Below, one piece after another: positions 1 through 11,582 of a stretch of 64,000 nt of DNA (position 1 is the first letter of the stretch; each line of letters opens with the position of its first letter). Source of the stretch: Microthyrium microscopicum (Eukaryota); NCBI GenBank assembly GCA_010405405.1, contig MU004243.1, positions 491,340 to 555,339 of the forward strand. Direction: 5' to 3'. The position numbers and the translations under genes are program-made. The notes beneath the pieces are model-generated. The model worked only from the letters and a program-made list of their open reading frames with translations. It was not told where the DNA came from and did no database searches.

Positions 1-414
1 CAGCGCCTCGAGGCTATCACCGCTTTCGAAACAGATCCTTCTATTACCTTCTTTATTGCCAGCATTGGAGCGGGTGGTGTTGGTTTGAACCTGACCGCAG
101 CCAATTTCGTATTCATTATGGAGCCACAATGGAATCCTCAAGCTGAGCAGCAGGCTGTCGACCGGGTTCATCGTATCGGTCAAACTCGTCCTGTACAGGT
201 GATCCGCATGATTGCTCCTGGCTCGATCGAGGCGAGAGTCAAGAAGCTTGGTCAGAAGAAGCTTGATTTGGCGAAAATCACTCTACAGAAAAGTATGGGC
301 AAGCGCGAAGAACGCGAAAACAAGCTGAAAGGCATCCAGAGCTTGTTTTCGAAGCGTCATGCTAAAGATGAGGAGGGAGATGATGAGGAAGTAAATCTAG
401 CTTTCGAGGCTTGA
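1..414 (+). CDS. SNF2-family (Rad5/Rad16-like) helicase, C-terminal fragment; gene starts upstream of the window
   Basis: Frame is open from base 1: ...SIGAGGVGLNLTAANFVFIMEPQWNPQAEQQAVDRVHRIGQTRPVQVIRMI, which contains helicase motifs V and VI of SNF2 HELICc domains. Confidence 0.9.
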   Translation, partial: QRLEAITAFETDPSITFFIASIGAGGVGLNLTAANFVFIMEPQWNPQAEQQAVDRVHRIGQTRPVQVIRMIAPGSIEARVKKLGQKKLDLAKITLQKSMGKREERENKLKGIQSLFSKRHAKDEEGDDEEVNLAFEA

Positions 415-605
415 GTTGAATGATCAGGGATATGAAAAAGGGGTTTCAGCCAAAACTGATCGATCTTGAGAGGGCAGGTGTAGGTACTGATAATTGAAAA
501 TACAAGAACATGTATCATAAAACCTCTCAGGTATTTCTAACGATGCAAGATCACAACTGCTCACTAGGCTTTAGGAAATCCTCCACAATTGGACACTAAT
601 GTTTC

Positions 606-1381
606 TTAGATACTCGCCGCGATCCCTGGCACAAATGCACTCGCTGTACTCGGGATCTTTGCCGCAATGAGCTGCGCAACCAACTTGCCAAAGACTTCAG
701 TCCCTTCAGCCGTTAAATGAGTTGTATCGACACCATTCGCCGGGTTGAACTTCTTCGCAGCCTCCGGTCCAATCGTATTCAAATACTTCATACTTTTACC
801 ATTCAACTCAATCAACACTGCAGCACTGGCACTCGCCGCCTCCCTCGTCCTCGCACTCATCGCCGCCAACGTATCCCTCACCTTGTCTCCATCGAAATAC
901 CGCTGCGACAGCGGCGTCAACAGTAACTACACCATTTAGCCTACCAAGCTTCTACCACAGATCAAAAACATACCGGCGTCGCACCCGCACTCTTCACCTC
1001 CCCGGCCAAGGCCTCCAGATTCGTCCTAAACTGCGCCTCACTGACCCCACTGCGTTCCGTATTCTTGTCATTATGTCCAAACTGGATCGTCACATATACA
1101 CTGGCTTTTGCAGTATGATTCTTGATCTCGGCGATCACATTATCCCAGTCTGGATGCCTGAAAGATGCGGTAGTGCGGCCATTGTGGCCCAGGTTGATAC
1201 CAGCGGCAGGCGGGGCGAGGAGCGCGAGAAAGCCATCACCCCAGCCGCCGGTTTGGCCGTTGGATTTGGCGGTCGTGGAGTCGCCGGCGAGGATGAAGTA
1301 GGGTGGGAGAGGTTGCCGTGGGAGGAGGAAGGCGGTTGTTAGCAGCGGGAGGAGGGCTAGGATGGTGAGTGGGAGGTGCAT
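606..1381 (-). CDS. Secreted SGNH/GDSL esterase, rhamnogalacturonan acetylesterase-like (CE12)
   Basis: Signal peptide, GDST block I, GGWG, GRTT, QFGHND and DTTH motifs. One intron at 927..973 (GTATGT...GCTAAATGGTGTAG) joins ORFs 962..1381 and 606..920 in frame. Confidence 0.9.
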
Positions 1382-2051
1382 TTTGGCGGAACGGGAGAGT
1401 TAAGGGGGGAAAGAAGAATGGGATTAGATTCTGATATTGGAGATTGTGGTTGATGGTCGTTTTTGAGTACTTGGTGGTGATATAAATTATATTGATAGGG
1501 TTGATGATTGGTTGGATATTTGACATTCTACGCTATGATATATAGTTGTTAGGTCTTGATTTGATACGCAACCTTATACTGACGCCTACTGGAAACCAAC
1601 AAATCGGACGAAGATGGCAGTACATGAAGTCTTGAGAATGGACCTGATATAACATGAAGTACTAGAGTTCGTTTCAGTATTCCAGATCAATTAGACACCA
1701 GAACGCCACTTCAGGATATACCAGATCAAGTTGGAGAGGCTGTTTCTATTCAGGATATCTTCAATTATATAGAACGTTACTATAAGGTATGTTGAAGCTG
1801 GCAAGGCCGGCAAGGCTGGGTGAAATCGTATGAGGCGGGGAAGATTGTGGCGAAGCAACCTGCAACCATCCATCCATCGCACTCTTTGATATCAGCTTGT
1901 TCCTCCTCACATCACTACTACTAATGCCCAAGCTGTATATCGAAACTAGCAGCTTCGTCCCGCATTACAGTCATATCGAGAGCCTTAAGGCACAATTGAC
2001 CAGGGCATTATTCCCCTGTCAGAATCGAGACCTCTTCAACACAACATCATC

Positions 2052-2594
2052 ATGTCCTTTAATCAACTGGATCCAAAGCCCATTCAAGATGACGATTCCA
2101 CCATCTACACTGCGATGACACCGCCAGAGACCATTGCAGTAGATCATTTAGACGATCTCGACCCCCTAGGCCCAATCAAGATATCACCCTCCTCAGTCCC
2201 TTGGCCAGGCTCCAGCTTCATCATACGTTCAGCTTCCTCTGGCAATGTCATCACTCTTCTGGATGGCCAGATTGTCTTGGACCGGCCAGGCAGTCGAGGC
2301 AGCTTTCACTGGGCATGTGTAGAGACGAAAGGCTGGATTGGCTTTCGCAACGCAGTCTCTGGTCGCTTCCTTGGTCACGATCCGAGCGGAAAGCTGCACT
2401 GTTCAGCGCAGCGACAGCAGGGATGGGAGAATTTCTGCGTCAGACTGAGACCTGATGGAGGCTATCTTCTGCTGATGACGCATTTTGAGCGATTATGGCA
2501 TGTAGGAATCAAGATGGAAAGAGGTATCGAGAGGTTGGCAAAGATTGGTCATGGTGAAGACGATGGTATGGTTTTTGAGTTCATCAAGGTCTAA
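2052..2594 (+). CDS. Conserved fungal hypothetical protein, probable fascin-like/beta-trefoil domain
   Basis: Intronless 180-aa ORF with repeated beta-hairpin patterns (FIIRSASSGNVITL, GWIGFRNAVSGRFLGHD, QGWENFCV). No signal peptide. Fold is inferred. Confidence 0.6.
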   Translation: MSFNQLDPKPIQDDDSTIYTAMTPPETIAVDHLDDLDPLGPIKISPSSVPWPGSSFIIRSASSGNVITLLDGQIVLDRPGSRGSFHWACVETKGWIGFRNAVSGRFLGHDPSGKLHCSAQRQQGWENFCVRLRPDGGYLLLMTHFERLWHVGIKMERGIERLAKIGHGEDDGMVFEFIKV

Positions 2595-2827
2595 ACAGTG
2601 ATTCGGTCTGTCATTTTGACGTTCTACGGCGACGGCTACTTTTGAGTTCATTGATACCTCATGCACTATGTCAGGCGTAGTATAAGGTACTTTCAGAAGC
2701 GCTGTTCTGATGGTGAATCCATACTGTGATGTTAGTTCTTACTTCATTCGCTAAGATGGAAGCCCGTGAGAAAAGAGGATTCAAAAGACCGTGACCTCAT
2801 TAGAATACCTTTTGCAAGATCGCAAGC

Positions 2828-3769
2828 TCAATCAGGTTTGGAAGCCTTTTCAGTCGCTTCTAGTTCTCTTTCTATCCTTTCGGCTTCATCAGCTTGTCTC
2901 ATCAAATCTTCCTCCTCCATTATTCGCTCCATTTCCGCAAAGGCTCGTTCGTTTGTCTTCTCGGCCGCTTTTTCCTCCTCCTGCTGAGCAGCGATCTCAA
3001 AAGCCGCATCAAGTTCATCTTCCTCTCTTTGCTTTTGCTCAACACGATCTAACTCCTTCAATATAAACGCTACCGTGGCATCACGAGCCTTATCCAAAGC
3101 CAATAATCTAGCAACTTCCATGCCGCGATAATCCACGACCTTAGCAGGACTTTGACTGCTACCGACGGCGTCACCAGCCAGCTTCGCTTTCTTCTCAGCT
3201 AGCAATCCTCGCAGCGCGACAATATTGTCATCACGCTCTTTCAACTCAAGCACTAACACTTCCTTACTCCGAGTATCTTGTACCGGCGCCGTCTTCTTCG
3301 CGCTCCCCGGTTCTCGATTCTCAACCTCGCCTCTCTCGCCCCTCCGCCAGCGTATCAGCGACTCCCGCGCACATTGCTCAATCCACTGAAATCGCGCAGG
3401 ACCCAGCATCTCTCCGCCATACCAGCGAGCAACGATGATTGAACCTGCCATACGTTCCTCAGCTAGAACCTTCTCCAGCTTGCCGCCCGCCCACTTCTCG
3501 CCATCATCATCATGACCTGTCTCATACAGGGACGTTGAGGCTGGCTTCTTGCTGAACGTGATTGTAGCTTGTTTGGAGGGCAGACGCCAGGCGGCGACAC
3601 GATGTGATGCGGGAGCAAACTCTGGTATGGCAGCTAGAGTTGAGGCAGGAATGGTGGGAGAGTAGATGGCGATGAATGTGGACTTGCGGTCGAGGATGGG
3701 GTGTGATTTTGCATAAGCGTGTGGATCGAGGGGAGCCGGTGGGGAGCGAGCGCGCTTTTTAGACATCAT
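2828..3769 (-). CDS. IMPACT/UPF0029-family protein with a C-terminal acidic coiled coil
   Basis: DRKSTFIA, ASHRVAAWR, DDDGEKWAGGKL and VARWYGGEMLGPARF motifs of the IMPACT ancient domain. Confidence 0.85.
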   Translation of the reverse strand: MMSKKRARSPPAPLDPHAYAKSHPILDRKSTFIAIYSPTIPASTLAAIPEFAPASHRVAAWRLPSKQATITFSKKPASTSLYETGHDDDGEKWAGGKLEKVLAEERMAGSIIVARWYGGEMLGPARFQWIEQCARESLIRWRRGERGEVENREPGSAKKTAPVQDTRSKEVLVLELKERDDNIVALRGLLAEKKAKLAGDAVGSSQSPAKVVDYRGMEVARLLALDKARDATVAFILKELDRVEQKQREEDELDAAFEIAAQQEEEKAAEKTNERAFAEMERIMEEEDLMRQADEAERIERELEATEKASKPD

Positions 3770-4311
3770 GAGAGATGGCAGTCAGATCGGCTCATGATAA
3801 AAACTTCGACAATGTGAGCAAGTTGACGAGTGGTTCCGCTGCTGAAATTAAGGAGATGAGGTAGAGTTGGGATGAAGTTGGAGTTGGAGTTGGAGGGCTT
3901 TGTGGAAACCACGCGAGCTGGAAACCACGAGATGGACATGCGCGCCACGAGGAAACATATTTTGACTACACCCCAAGATTCCAGAGTTCGTTACAGGTTT
4001 TAGCCTTCTGATAGATTCACAGAAATCAGTACTTCGCAATGGACTTATGAGATTTTGACAGTAGACGAATGATAATGACAACATATAGTTCTTTAAGTAA
4101 GTTCCCATCCATATAAGTCAAAGTCGCTTAATTTTCAATTTTGAGCAGGTCGAGTTCGATATGAAATTTGTTTAGTCTAACTATTAGGTATCAATACGTT
4201 TACAAAACTGGCGCCGTCCCAATGCTATCATTAAAGTCGTTTTTAGTCTCCCTTCCACCTAATCAGACATGGAATTATATACATGTGTCTCCTTGCTCCA
4301 CTCGAAAATGC

Positions 4312-6073
4312 CTAAGCACCACCTGTGATCTCCATGAATAGTCTCTCTCGCTTCATGAAGAATGCAGCTATCAAGTTCACAGCACCAGCGACAATCAAAA
4401 GAATATACCCATCACTGATGGCCTTAACAATACCCTCAATAACCTTCTCGCGCACCTCTGGCGAGACAGTCTCGAAAATCGCGCTCTTCGCACCAGTCAA
4501 GGCGCCGTGAATCTCCTCAGGCGAGAAGCCGAGGCCATCAACGGCCTCAGCGATATGAGCATAGCCGATGTTCTGGAATACTGCAGAGGTGATAGTCAGA
4601 GCGATAACGATTCCGCCGATTTGGGCAGAGTTGACAAAGCCAACGGCATCAGCAATTCGGTCGGTTGGAGCTTTGCCTTGAGCGACGCTGTAGGCTGCTT
4701 GTTGACTCAGACCGGCGCCAATAGCAGCGAGAATGCTGAAGCCATAGACATTGGCGTTTGGCGTTGATGGTTTGACCAGAGCATACATTAGGGACCCGCC
4801 AATGGTAAGGAAGAGGCCAGATGCCAAATACCATGGCTGGTAGTATCCGAACTTTGGCATAAAGGTTCCATTAAGCATGATGCAGAAGATAGTGACGCAG
4901 ATGAATGGCAGTAGACGGACTGCTGAGTCGATGTTGGTATCTCCGCGAGTGAAATCGAAGAAGAGCGGAATGTAGTAAACGGGAATGAATAGTCCTGTGA
5001 CACCAGCTGACATGGCGATGTACTGGAGAAGCAGAGATTTTTTCCTCAGGAAGTCAACGGGGAAGAGACGACGTTCTGGTGTAGTGAAGATGGAGAAGGT
5101 TTGCTGAACTGCGAAGGTGATAACCAATAGACCAAAAACCACAGTTAATGCAATGGTGCTGCCACTAGACCAGGCAAATTGTCCACCACCAAAGGTAAAG
5201 GCCATGACGAAGGTGGTATAGAGAGCAGCGTTGAGGACGACTCCGACCCAGTCGATGTTCTTCATCTTCTCGCCGAATGGGACATCTGGCTGTGGGTTGA
5301 ATGGCTTGAGAACGAAGAAGTAAACTGGTGTACCAACACCAAAGAGGACCAGGTTAAGGTAGAAGGCCCATCGCCATGTAGCTCCAGAATCAGCGAAAGA
5401 TCCACCAATGATAGGGCCCAAGATACAGCCGATACCCCAGATGAGACCACAGAGACTGAAGTAAAAGGGTCTTTGTGCCAGGGTGGTGTTAAGACTGAGG
5501 ATGTTGAGGATGCCCAAGTACATGCCAGCACCACCAGCTCCAGCCCAGACTCGTCCAATGATCAAGGCGTTCATAGTTGGAGCGGCTCCACATAGAGCTG
5601 AGCCGCCAACGAACATCAGTAGACTGGATACGAAGAGAGTTTTGATGTTGAATATGCCGAATGCCTTGCCAATGGGTAAGATGACGGCAATGGATCCTAA
5701 TGGGAAGCCTGAAATGCAGGTTAGCTGTATGACTCCAGTTGATATATGCTTCAAGCGACTTACCAATTCCTATCCACCCAAGCTTTTCAACGCTACCAAA
5801 TTGTGCGATGGCCGGTGCTTGAATCGCGGCTGATATGGTGTTGTCTAAACCATAGAGGAAGGCAGCGCTGTATAGCGCGACACACACAAGAATCCATTGG
5901 ACTTTTGAATAGCTTTGTCGAGTTTCTGTTTGCTCAAGCGGATGCGTGCTCTTTGTCGACAGTGCTGGCATCAAATTATGAGGAGGTAGATGAGCTTCCA
6001 CATCATGCTCTGGGACTCCATAATCCTTTTCGGCTCCCTTCTCGAATTGGGGGGATTCTGATCGAGAAGTCAT
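4312..6073 (-). CDS. MFS drug/metabolite efflux transporter (DHA2-like, about 14 TM segments)
   Basis: LYGLDNTI, LCGAAPTMNALIIGRVWAGAGGAG and GPIIGGSFADSGATWRWAFYLN motifs. Intron 5709..5763 (GTAAGT...GCTAAC...CAG) joins WIGIG|FPLG in frame. Confidence 0.92.
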
Positions 6074-7624
6074 TTTGTCGACGGGATATGTATTTCAAGA
6101 AAGCCACGTGCGTGCGTGGTGTGATGGCTGTAAATACTGCAGGATGAGTTGAGTTGATTCTGGAGGTAGAGGATTAGATGTGAGGTTGTTGTATTGCTAG
6201 AACGGGAAAACACGATAGCCGAACTTTGGACGAGGAGTTGGTTTGAGGTTGTAGATTCGATGACACATGTTGAGGAGAAAGAGAACCTCAATTATATACA
6301 CGTTTGTTTGAAGGTCAAGTATTTCCAATCCAACTCAAAATTTCTTTACTAATGCAAGTGCATTTAGTAACAATCGGAGTAGAAACGAAGTGCGATATCT
6401 TAAAACCGGCCTGTGCGCAAACTACAATTGCCCAAATAGGATAGAGAGAGTTTGACTTTCCTTGTTGACATGACGAGCCTGTGATTTGAGAGTGTTCACT
6501 AATCGACTCCAAGCAGCAGGAACAGCCTCGAAAAAAGGGGGCATCTGCAAGCAAACCAGATCTGTAATTACTGATACGATTGGTGGACATTGCTTCCATA
6601 TCAATGTTTAAGCAAGTCAAGTACTTCATCAATGGAAAAGTAGCGAAGTCGGTGGATTGAAGTGGACTGAAAGTGAGTCAAAATGAAGAGCAAAATCTCT
6701 GAATCCTTCAACGACTCCTTGAAATTCCTAAGCAGCTCCTTGGCACGGAGTTTAGTGAGCCACAGAGTCCAGCCAATCAAATTTTACAGCCTGATGCCAA
6801 GAGTTCTTTCAGCCTTGTACAAGCTTTTATCAACATCTCATCTCCCCAACGATACAAAATAAGAGAAGTGTAGGTTGTTGTTAACGTGCCTTTTACCACA
6901 ATTATTTGGCACAAAAGAATAGATCAAAATTGCAAAAAGTTCACCACACATCTGAGCGATGCTCTAAGATGTGTGGTTATGAAAATCAGTCGAACTGATT
7001 TTTCGATGCAAACGGGGCTCGAACCTGGAGGTTGTCATTGCCACTTCTTCGTTAGACTTGAGCAGGAGTTGTCTCTTAATTACGCATCGGGTTAGACTAT
7101 CTGACTCGTTCGAGATTAGACATCAGATAATAACCGTCAATTGCCACCCTTATATTGTACCTAATTGTGTTAGTAGATATTGCAAAATTGCAATGTTTTG
7201 GAATATATACTGCAAATGCTACCCACCGATGGTAACTATGAGCCTTAAAAAACATTTCTAGAAAACCTTATTACTCCTGTCATAGAGATACATAACAGTC
7301 AATGGCAGATATGATGCAAATAGCAAGGGGAAATCCACCACAAGTGACCTTGCAATATTTGGAAATTTTTATGAAGTTTATAAGTGTTTTGCAAAGGTAA
7401 ACAACACTTTCTTATGACTGCTATATCTTCAAAGCTCTGACGATTCGAGTTTTTCTATTGTAATAAGCCCTTACTGAGCAGGATTTAGTCTTCATGATTT
7501 GCATTTTACATGTTTTCTAAACGTTGAAAATTGGTATGAAGAAAATCAAAAGAATATGTGATGCAACAAACAAAGCTGCCAGCCTAGCCTCAAGGCCACA
7601 CTAACCCATCGCAAGTATGCGAAG

Positions 7625-8599
7625 TCATTCTAATGCTTCTACTAGCTCGTACAAACCATCTTCCTGCTTCTCGGGCTTTCCAACTTTCTGTTCTTCATCA
7701 ACCAAGTCCTCTTCCGCCTCTTCTCCTTCGGTATGAACGTCTTCCCGACCAGCACCAGCAAAACTTTCATCAGAGTCCCAGCGCAACAAAGCAGTATTCT
7801 GTTTCTTTGGTGCGGGTGAAGATTTTGGAAATGAATACTTGATCTCGTCCAGCACTTTTGTATCTCCAGGAATGGGAACATGTCCCACAATCAACGCGTT
7901 GCGAGCATCCTGTTTCAGCGTATGGCTCTCAATGCCATCCAGCATACGCCGAATATCATCAGGAACGTGGGATAGATTGCGCAACGGCGGTAGTTGCCAG
8001 GGTTGAATGAGCACACCAGGCCATTTGGCAGACTTGAAACAGTTGTTGGCTTTGATAGCATCTCGAATGGCAGCCCAGTCAAATGCTGCTGCTCGAGGGT
8101 TGCAGACGGTGTTGCTGTCTTGACACGGGGCACAAGGAGTTCGGCTGTCGCATCGACGGCTGTTGTTGCTATGGCATGTTTCGCAGGATAGTAGACGGAA
8201 GACCTTGAAAGGTCCAGAGTAGTGAATGTGCAATGTATCACGCTTGGGACAGGGAGAGCGATCGATAGTCAACTTCTTTCCGTGGTTGGCGGCTGCAAGT
8301 GTGCATCGATCATCCAATGCTAATATGGCGTTGAGGGATTGCAGATTTTCATATCCCGCCTCGTACTTCCACTTCAGTACCACAATGAAGGTAACATTGT
8401 CTTCGCGGCGCTTGGGATTTGGGTCGTCGTCTTTTGGTGTTCCAATATTGAGGGCTCGCTGAAAAGAGCTTGGTGATCTTGAGCTCAGTGCTTTTGCCTG
8501 AGATGCAGAAGGCTTTTCCGAAGCTCTTAAGCAAGAGGTTCGTCCATGATTTGTGCTGTTTTTGAGTACATGGTCGGATGGGTCAATGTTGTAAGACAT
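7625..8599 (-). CDS. Hypothetical protein with an internal Zn(II)2Cys6-like cluster and acidic C-terminus
   Basis: 324-aa ORF with good start context (CAAAATG). CETCHSNNSRRCDSRTPCAPCQDSNTVC is encoded at 8102..8185. Confidence 0.55.
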   Translation of the reverse strand: MSYNIDPSDHVLKNSTNHGRTSCLRASEKPSASQAKALSSRSPSSFQRALNIGTPKDDDPNPKRREDNVTFIVVLKWKYEAGYENLQSLNAILALDDRCTLAAANHGKKLTIDRSPCPKRDTLHIHYSGPFKVFRLLSCETCHSNNSRRCDSRTPCAPCQDSNTVCNPRAAAFDWAAIRDAIKANNCFKSAKWPGVLIQPWQLPPLRNLSHVPDDIRRMLDGIESHTLKQDARNALIVGHVPIPGDTKVLDEIKYSFPKSSPAPKKQNTALLRWDSDESFAGAGREDVHTEGEEAEEDLVDEEQKVGKPEKQEDGLYELVEALE

Positions 8600-8768
8600 T
8601 TTGGTCAGTGACTGGAAGACGATGATCCAGGATTGAAGGTGGGTGGGCGTAGGTGAGATATATTCTTTATTTTGAAATCAGAAGAAGAGTTCTTTGCTTT
8701 AGTCGTGTGGCGCGTGACTCAAAGAGAACAAATCGTAGGGACCTTGTGATGTTCTTCTAGACAGGCTT

Positions 8769-9749
8769 TCAAGAAGAGGTATGATCAGCTGCTGTAGTCG
8801 AAGGCGCAGGCTGGTCGGAGCGAGAGTCAAGGATATGTTCGATTGCTTGTATGTCGAAGGAGGTAAAATCGATGGTGGTCGGAAGAGTTCGTGGGAATTG
8901 AGGAAAGATTATATGCCGGGCTTGCTCAGAGGAATGCTCCACATTAGAATGCCCTTGTTGTACACGTTGAGGTGACGCTGGAGTTATCATAATCTCTGGA
9001 GTTTGTGGATCAAAGGCTCTATTCGGCTGGTGAGAGGTATGGGTGTCTTGGACTTGAGCTGACGCGGTCGAAACAGCGGCTTCAGCTCGAGATGAAAAGT
9101 CTGGATATTGAACAGTGTCGCTGTGTCTCAAGCCAAGGTCTGAAGAGCTGGCTGCTACACCATAGGAGGCTGCTATATGCTGGTATTCGCGCTCTGAGGA
9201 CATAGAAGGGTTGTTGTGCATACTCTGAGATGAGGCAACAGCAGCATCATTTTGCTCCGGGACAAACGAAGACGCAGATTGATGATTATCATGGCGACTT
9301 AGCATAGACGAGCCAGCGTGCGAGGACCAGTTCGTTGAATTATGACCATTCCCTGCCCCATAAACGCCATTGCCTTGTAAAGAACTATAATGCGTAAGAT
9401 AGGCTTCTTCGTACTGCCGTCTTAGCGCAGATAGCTCTTGCAACGTCCAGTCAACAATATGAGGGATTTGTACTCGAAAGTACGCTGCACTAGCCAGAGC
9501 ATATTCTACACCGTTAAGAATATTGACAACCTCTTGAGAAGAGTATAGTGGAACAATCCACTGCAAATCGAAATTTGATGCCCATGTGTCGAAAGCTAGC
9601 TTTTCTATCCCATGCATCTTTTCAATCCCAGGCTTGTTCCGAGGAAGAATACCACAAACGATCCACCAGATATAGCGGACCATGGCATTGGCGGCGGTTC
9701 GTGTGGGATGTGTGACCCCCCATTGATGAGTTAGAGTAGGATCCGACAT
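8769..9749 (-). CDS. Hypothetical protein (predicted helical N-terminal domain, S/H/Q-rich disordered tail)
   Basis: 326-aa uninterrupted ORF with protein-like composition. No recognised motif. Confidence 0.5.
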   Translation of the reverse strand: MSDPTLTHQWGVTHPTRTAANAMVRYIWWIVCGILPRNKPGIEKMHGIEKLAFDTWASNFDLQWIVPLYSSQEVVNILNGVEYALASAAYFRVQIPHIVDWTLQELSALRRQYEEAYLTHYSSLQGNGVYGAGNGHNSTNWSSHAGSSMLSRHDNHQSASSFVPEQNDAAVASSQSMHNNPSMSSEREYQHIAASYGVAASSSDLGLRHSDTVQYPDFSSRAEAAVSTASAQVQDTHTSHQPNRAFDPQTPEIMITPASPQRVQQGHSNVEHSSEQARHIIFPQFPRTLPTTIDFTSFDIQAIEHILDSRSDQPAPSTTAADHTSS

Positions 9750-10522
9750 CTCTGCGACACACAGGAGTGTTGTAGGACGATGGGTGATACGCCCGTTGGT
9801 AGGTTAGTCAACACACAGTCAACACTTTTGTTGGCAGATGTCCATTCGAACCAGGAACTTGCTTTGGTGTTGGAGATGACAGGTTTTGGATCGTAAAGAG
9901 GTAATGGAATGAACCCGCAATACGTAAGTACGGGAGAAAACCCTGTTGTGCGCCCGATATTTCGTAGTTGAAATATTTCAATGGTTAGGTGTGTGGGATA
10001 AAAGCTTCTGTGGGTGTTATTGACATAAAAGCAGGTTTTTATAGAACTCAAATGTTTTTGCAGTTGGTGGATGGGGCAATCGCGAACCAGAAAACTTACT
10101 AGATTGAAGAAAGAGGAAAGCTCTAGGCTCCAGAAAAGCAGGAGGTGATGACTACCTAGGTAGCTCCTGCTCTTCTGGAGGTGATAGATAACATCTCGAA
10201 GAAAACAAGGCAGTTCAGTGAGATTTGATCTACGACTCACATACGACTTACATCTAAGGATTTCAAGACATCCACCAACCTCAAAACTATTCAATAACAC
10301 CAGCACATAGCCAACGAAGGTCCCAAGCTAACCGAATCAAAATCCAACAAAGTCAAAACGATAGTCTTCATTCTGGCATCGACTACTATAAACGACCCCA
10401 ATCATCAAACCAACATCCTCTTCTCTTTATCCAGAAAACCTCCTATATCATAACACGAACATGTCCAACTCATCACAAAATCCAAAACCCAACAACATTC
10501 CAACGCCGTCCCGCTAGACATC

Positions 10523-10960
10523 TCAACACACATTGAAATACTGCGCCTGAACCTCCTCCTCCACCGTCTTTGCTGGCACTGACAGCCCAACCGCTTTCAG
10601 AAGAACGCCGAAGCCTTGCTTGAGAATCCGATTTTTGCGTGCTTGTGTGGCGATGACGCGCTCATCTGCTTCTAGGACTGTTTCTCGGTGATGAGAGTCG
10701 GGTGGGATGGTGTTGTTTAGTCGGCTGGAGGCTGGTTTGGCGGGTTTGAGGTTTTGGTGATGGGCTGTGTGGGAGTCCGGGTGGACTTTATGCTTGAGTT
10801 CGGATTGATTGGCGTTTGGGGGAGATTCTTCATCCAGAGGCTGGTTAGGCTTTATTGAGTCCGCAGACCGGGCGCTGGTCAATTGCGGGTTGGACGATGG
10901 CATGACGGCTTTAAGGATTTGCTGAGGAGTGGTTTGGGATTCCAGGTATTCGTGATTCAT
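10523..10960 (-). CDS. Small hypothetical hydrophilic protein
   Basis: 145-aa ORF with no recognised family. Confidence 0.35.
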   Translation of the reverse strand: MNHEYLESQTTPQQILKAVMPSSNPQLTSARSADSIKPNQPLDEESPPNANQSELKHKVHPDSHTAHHQNLKPAKPASSRLNNTIPPDSHHRETVLEADERVIATQARKNRILKQGFGVLLKAVGLSVPAKTVEEEVQAQYFNVC

Positions 10961-11582
10961 ATTTCTTGGAATGGAGCGTGCTTCGAACGAGGACGCCGGG
11001 AGGTTTGAGTGTGGACCTTGATATTTCTTGAGGACAGCGGTTTATGGGTCGCAGTTGGTAGAGTGCTGAAGGAAAAATGCGATGGTATGTAGCTAGATGG
11101 TGGTGAAGCTATCAATTGACTGAGCGAGTTGTTGTGAATAAGAAGGTCATCAGAAACCAAACCAACAAAGCTATATAACGAAGGTAAATAGCCGCCATTT
11201 CAATTGTCACTGCAAGCAGTAGATGATTGTTTGGTGACGTCCAGGTCTAGTGACTAGACAAGCTCTCTACAGAAGCTTGAGGTGAAGTACAGAGAAGACA
11301 TATATATTGGAAGTGAGGTGAAGCATAACAAGTTTAGATCACCACAAGCACCAAAGAGAAAGGATTTGAAAGATCAACAACCCATTATTTCATTCGAAGA
11401 ATTACGAATTAAAAGCTATCAAAAAGAACGGATGATTTTGCCTCTCACATGTACACCATTCCACGCAAATATGCATTCCCAAAGTTCCCAGGTTGATATC
11501 GCCAAAAATGTTTATCCACAAGAAAAATGAACGACGCCTAGAGTGTCGAAATGACCACATGAACTCCATACTTTTGAAACCT

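Noticed and set aside
6981..7090. tRNA-like sequence on the minus strand (GGTTCGAGCC box, CGATGCG/TGCATCG 7-bp pairing) next to an AAAATCAGT-CGA-ACTGATTTT hairpin
   Set aside because: The T-stem pairs poorly and no D or anticodon arm can be formed. At most a relic, and tRNAscan-SE would be needed to decide.
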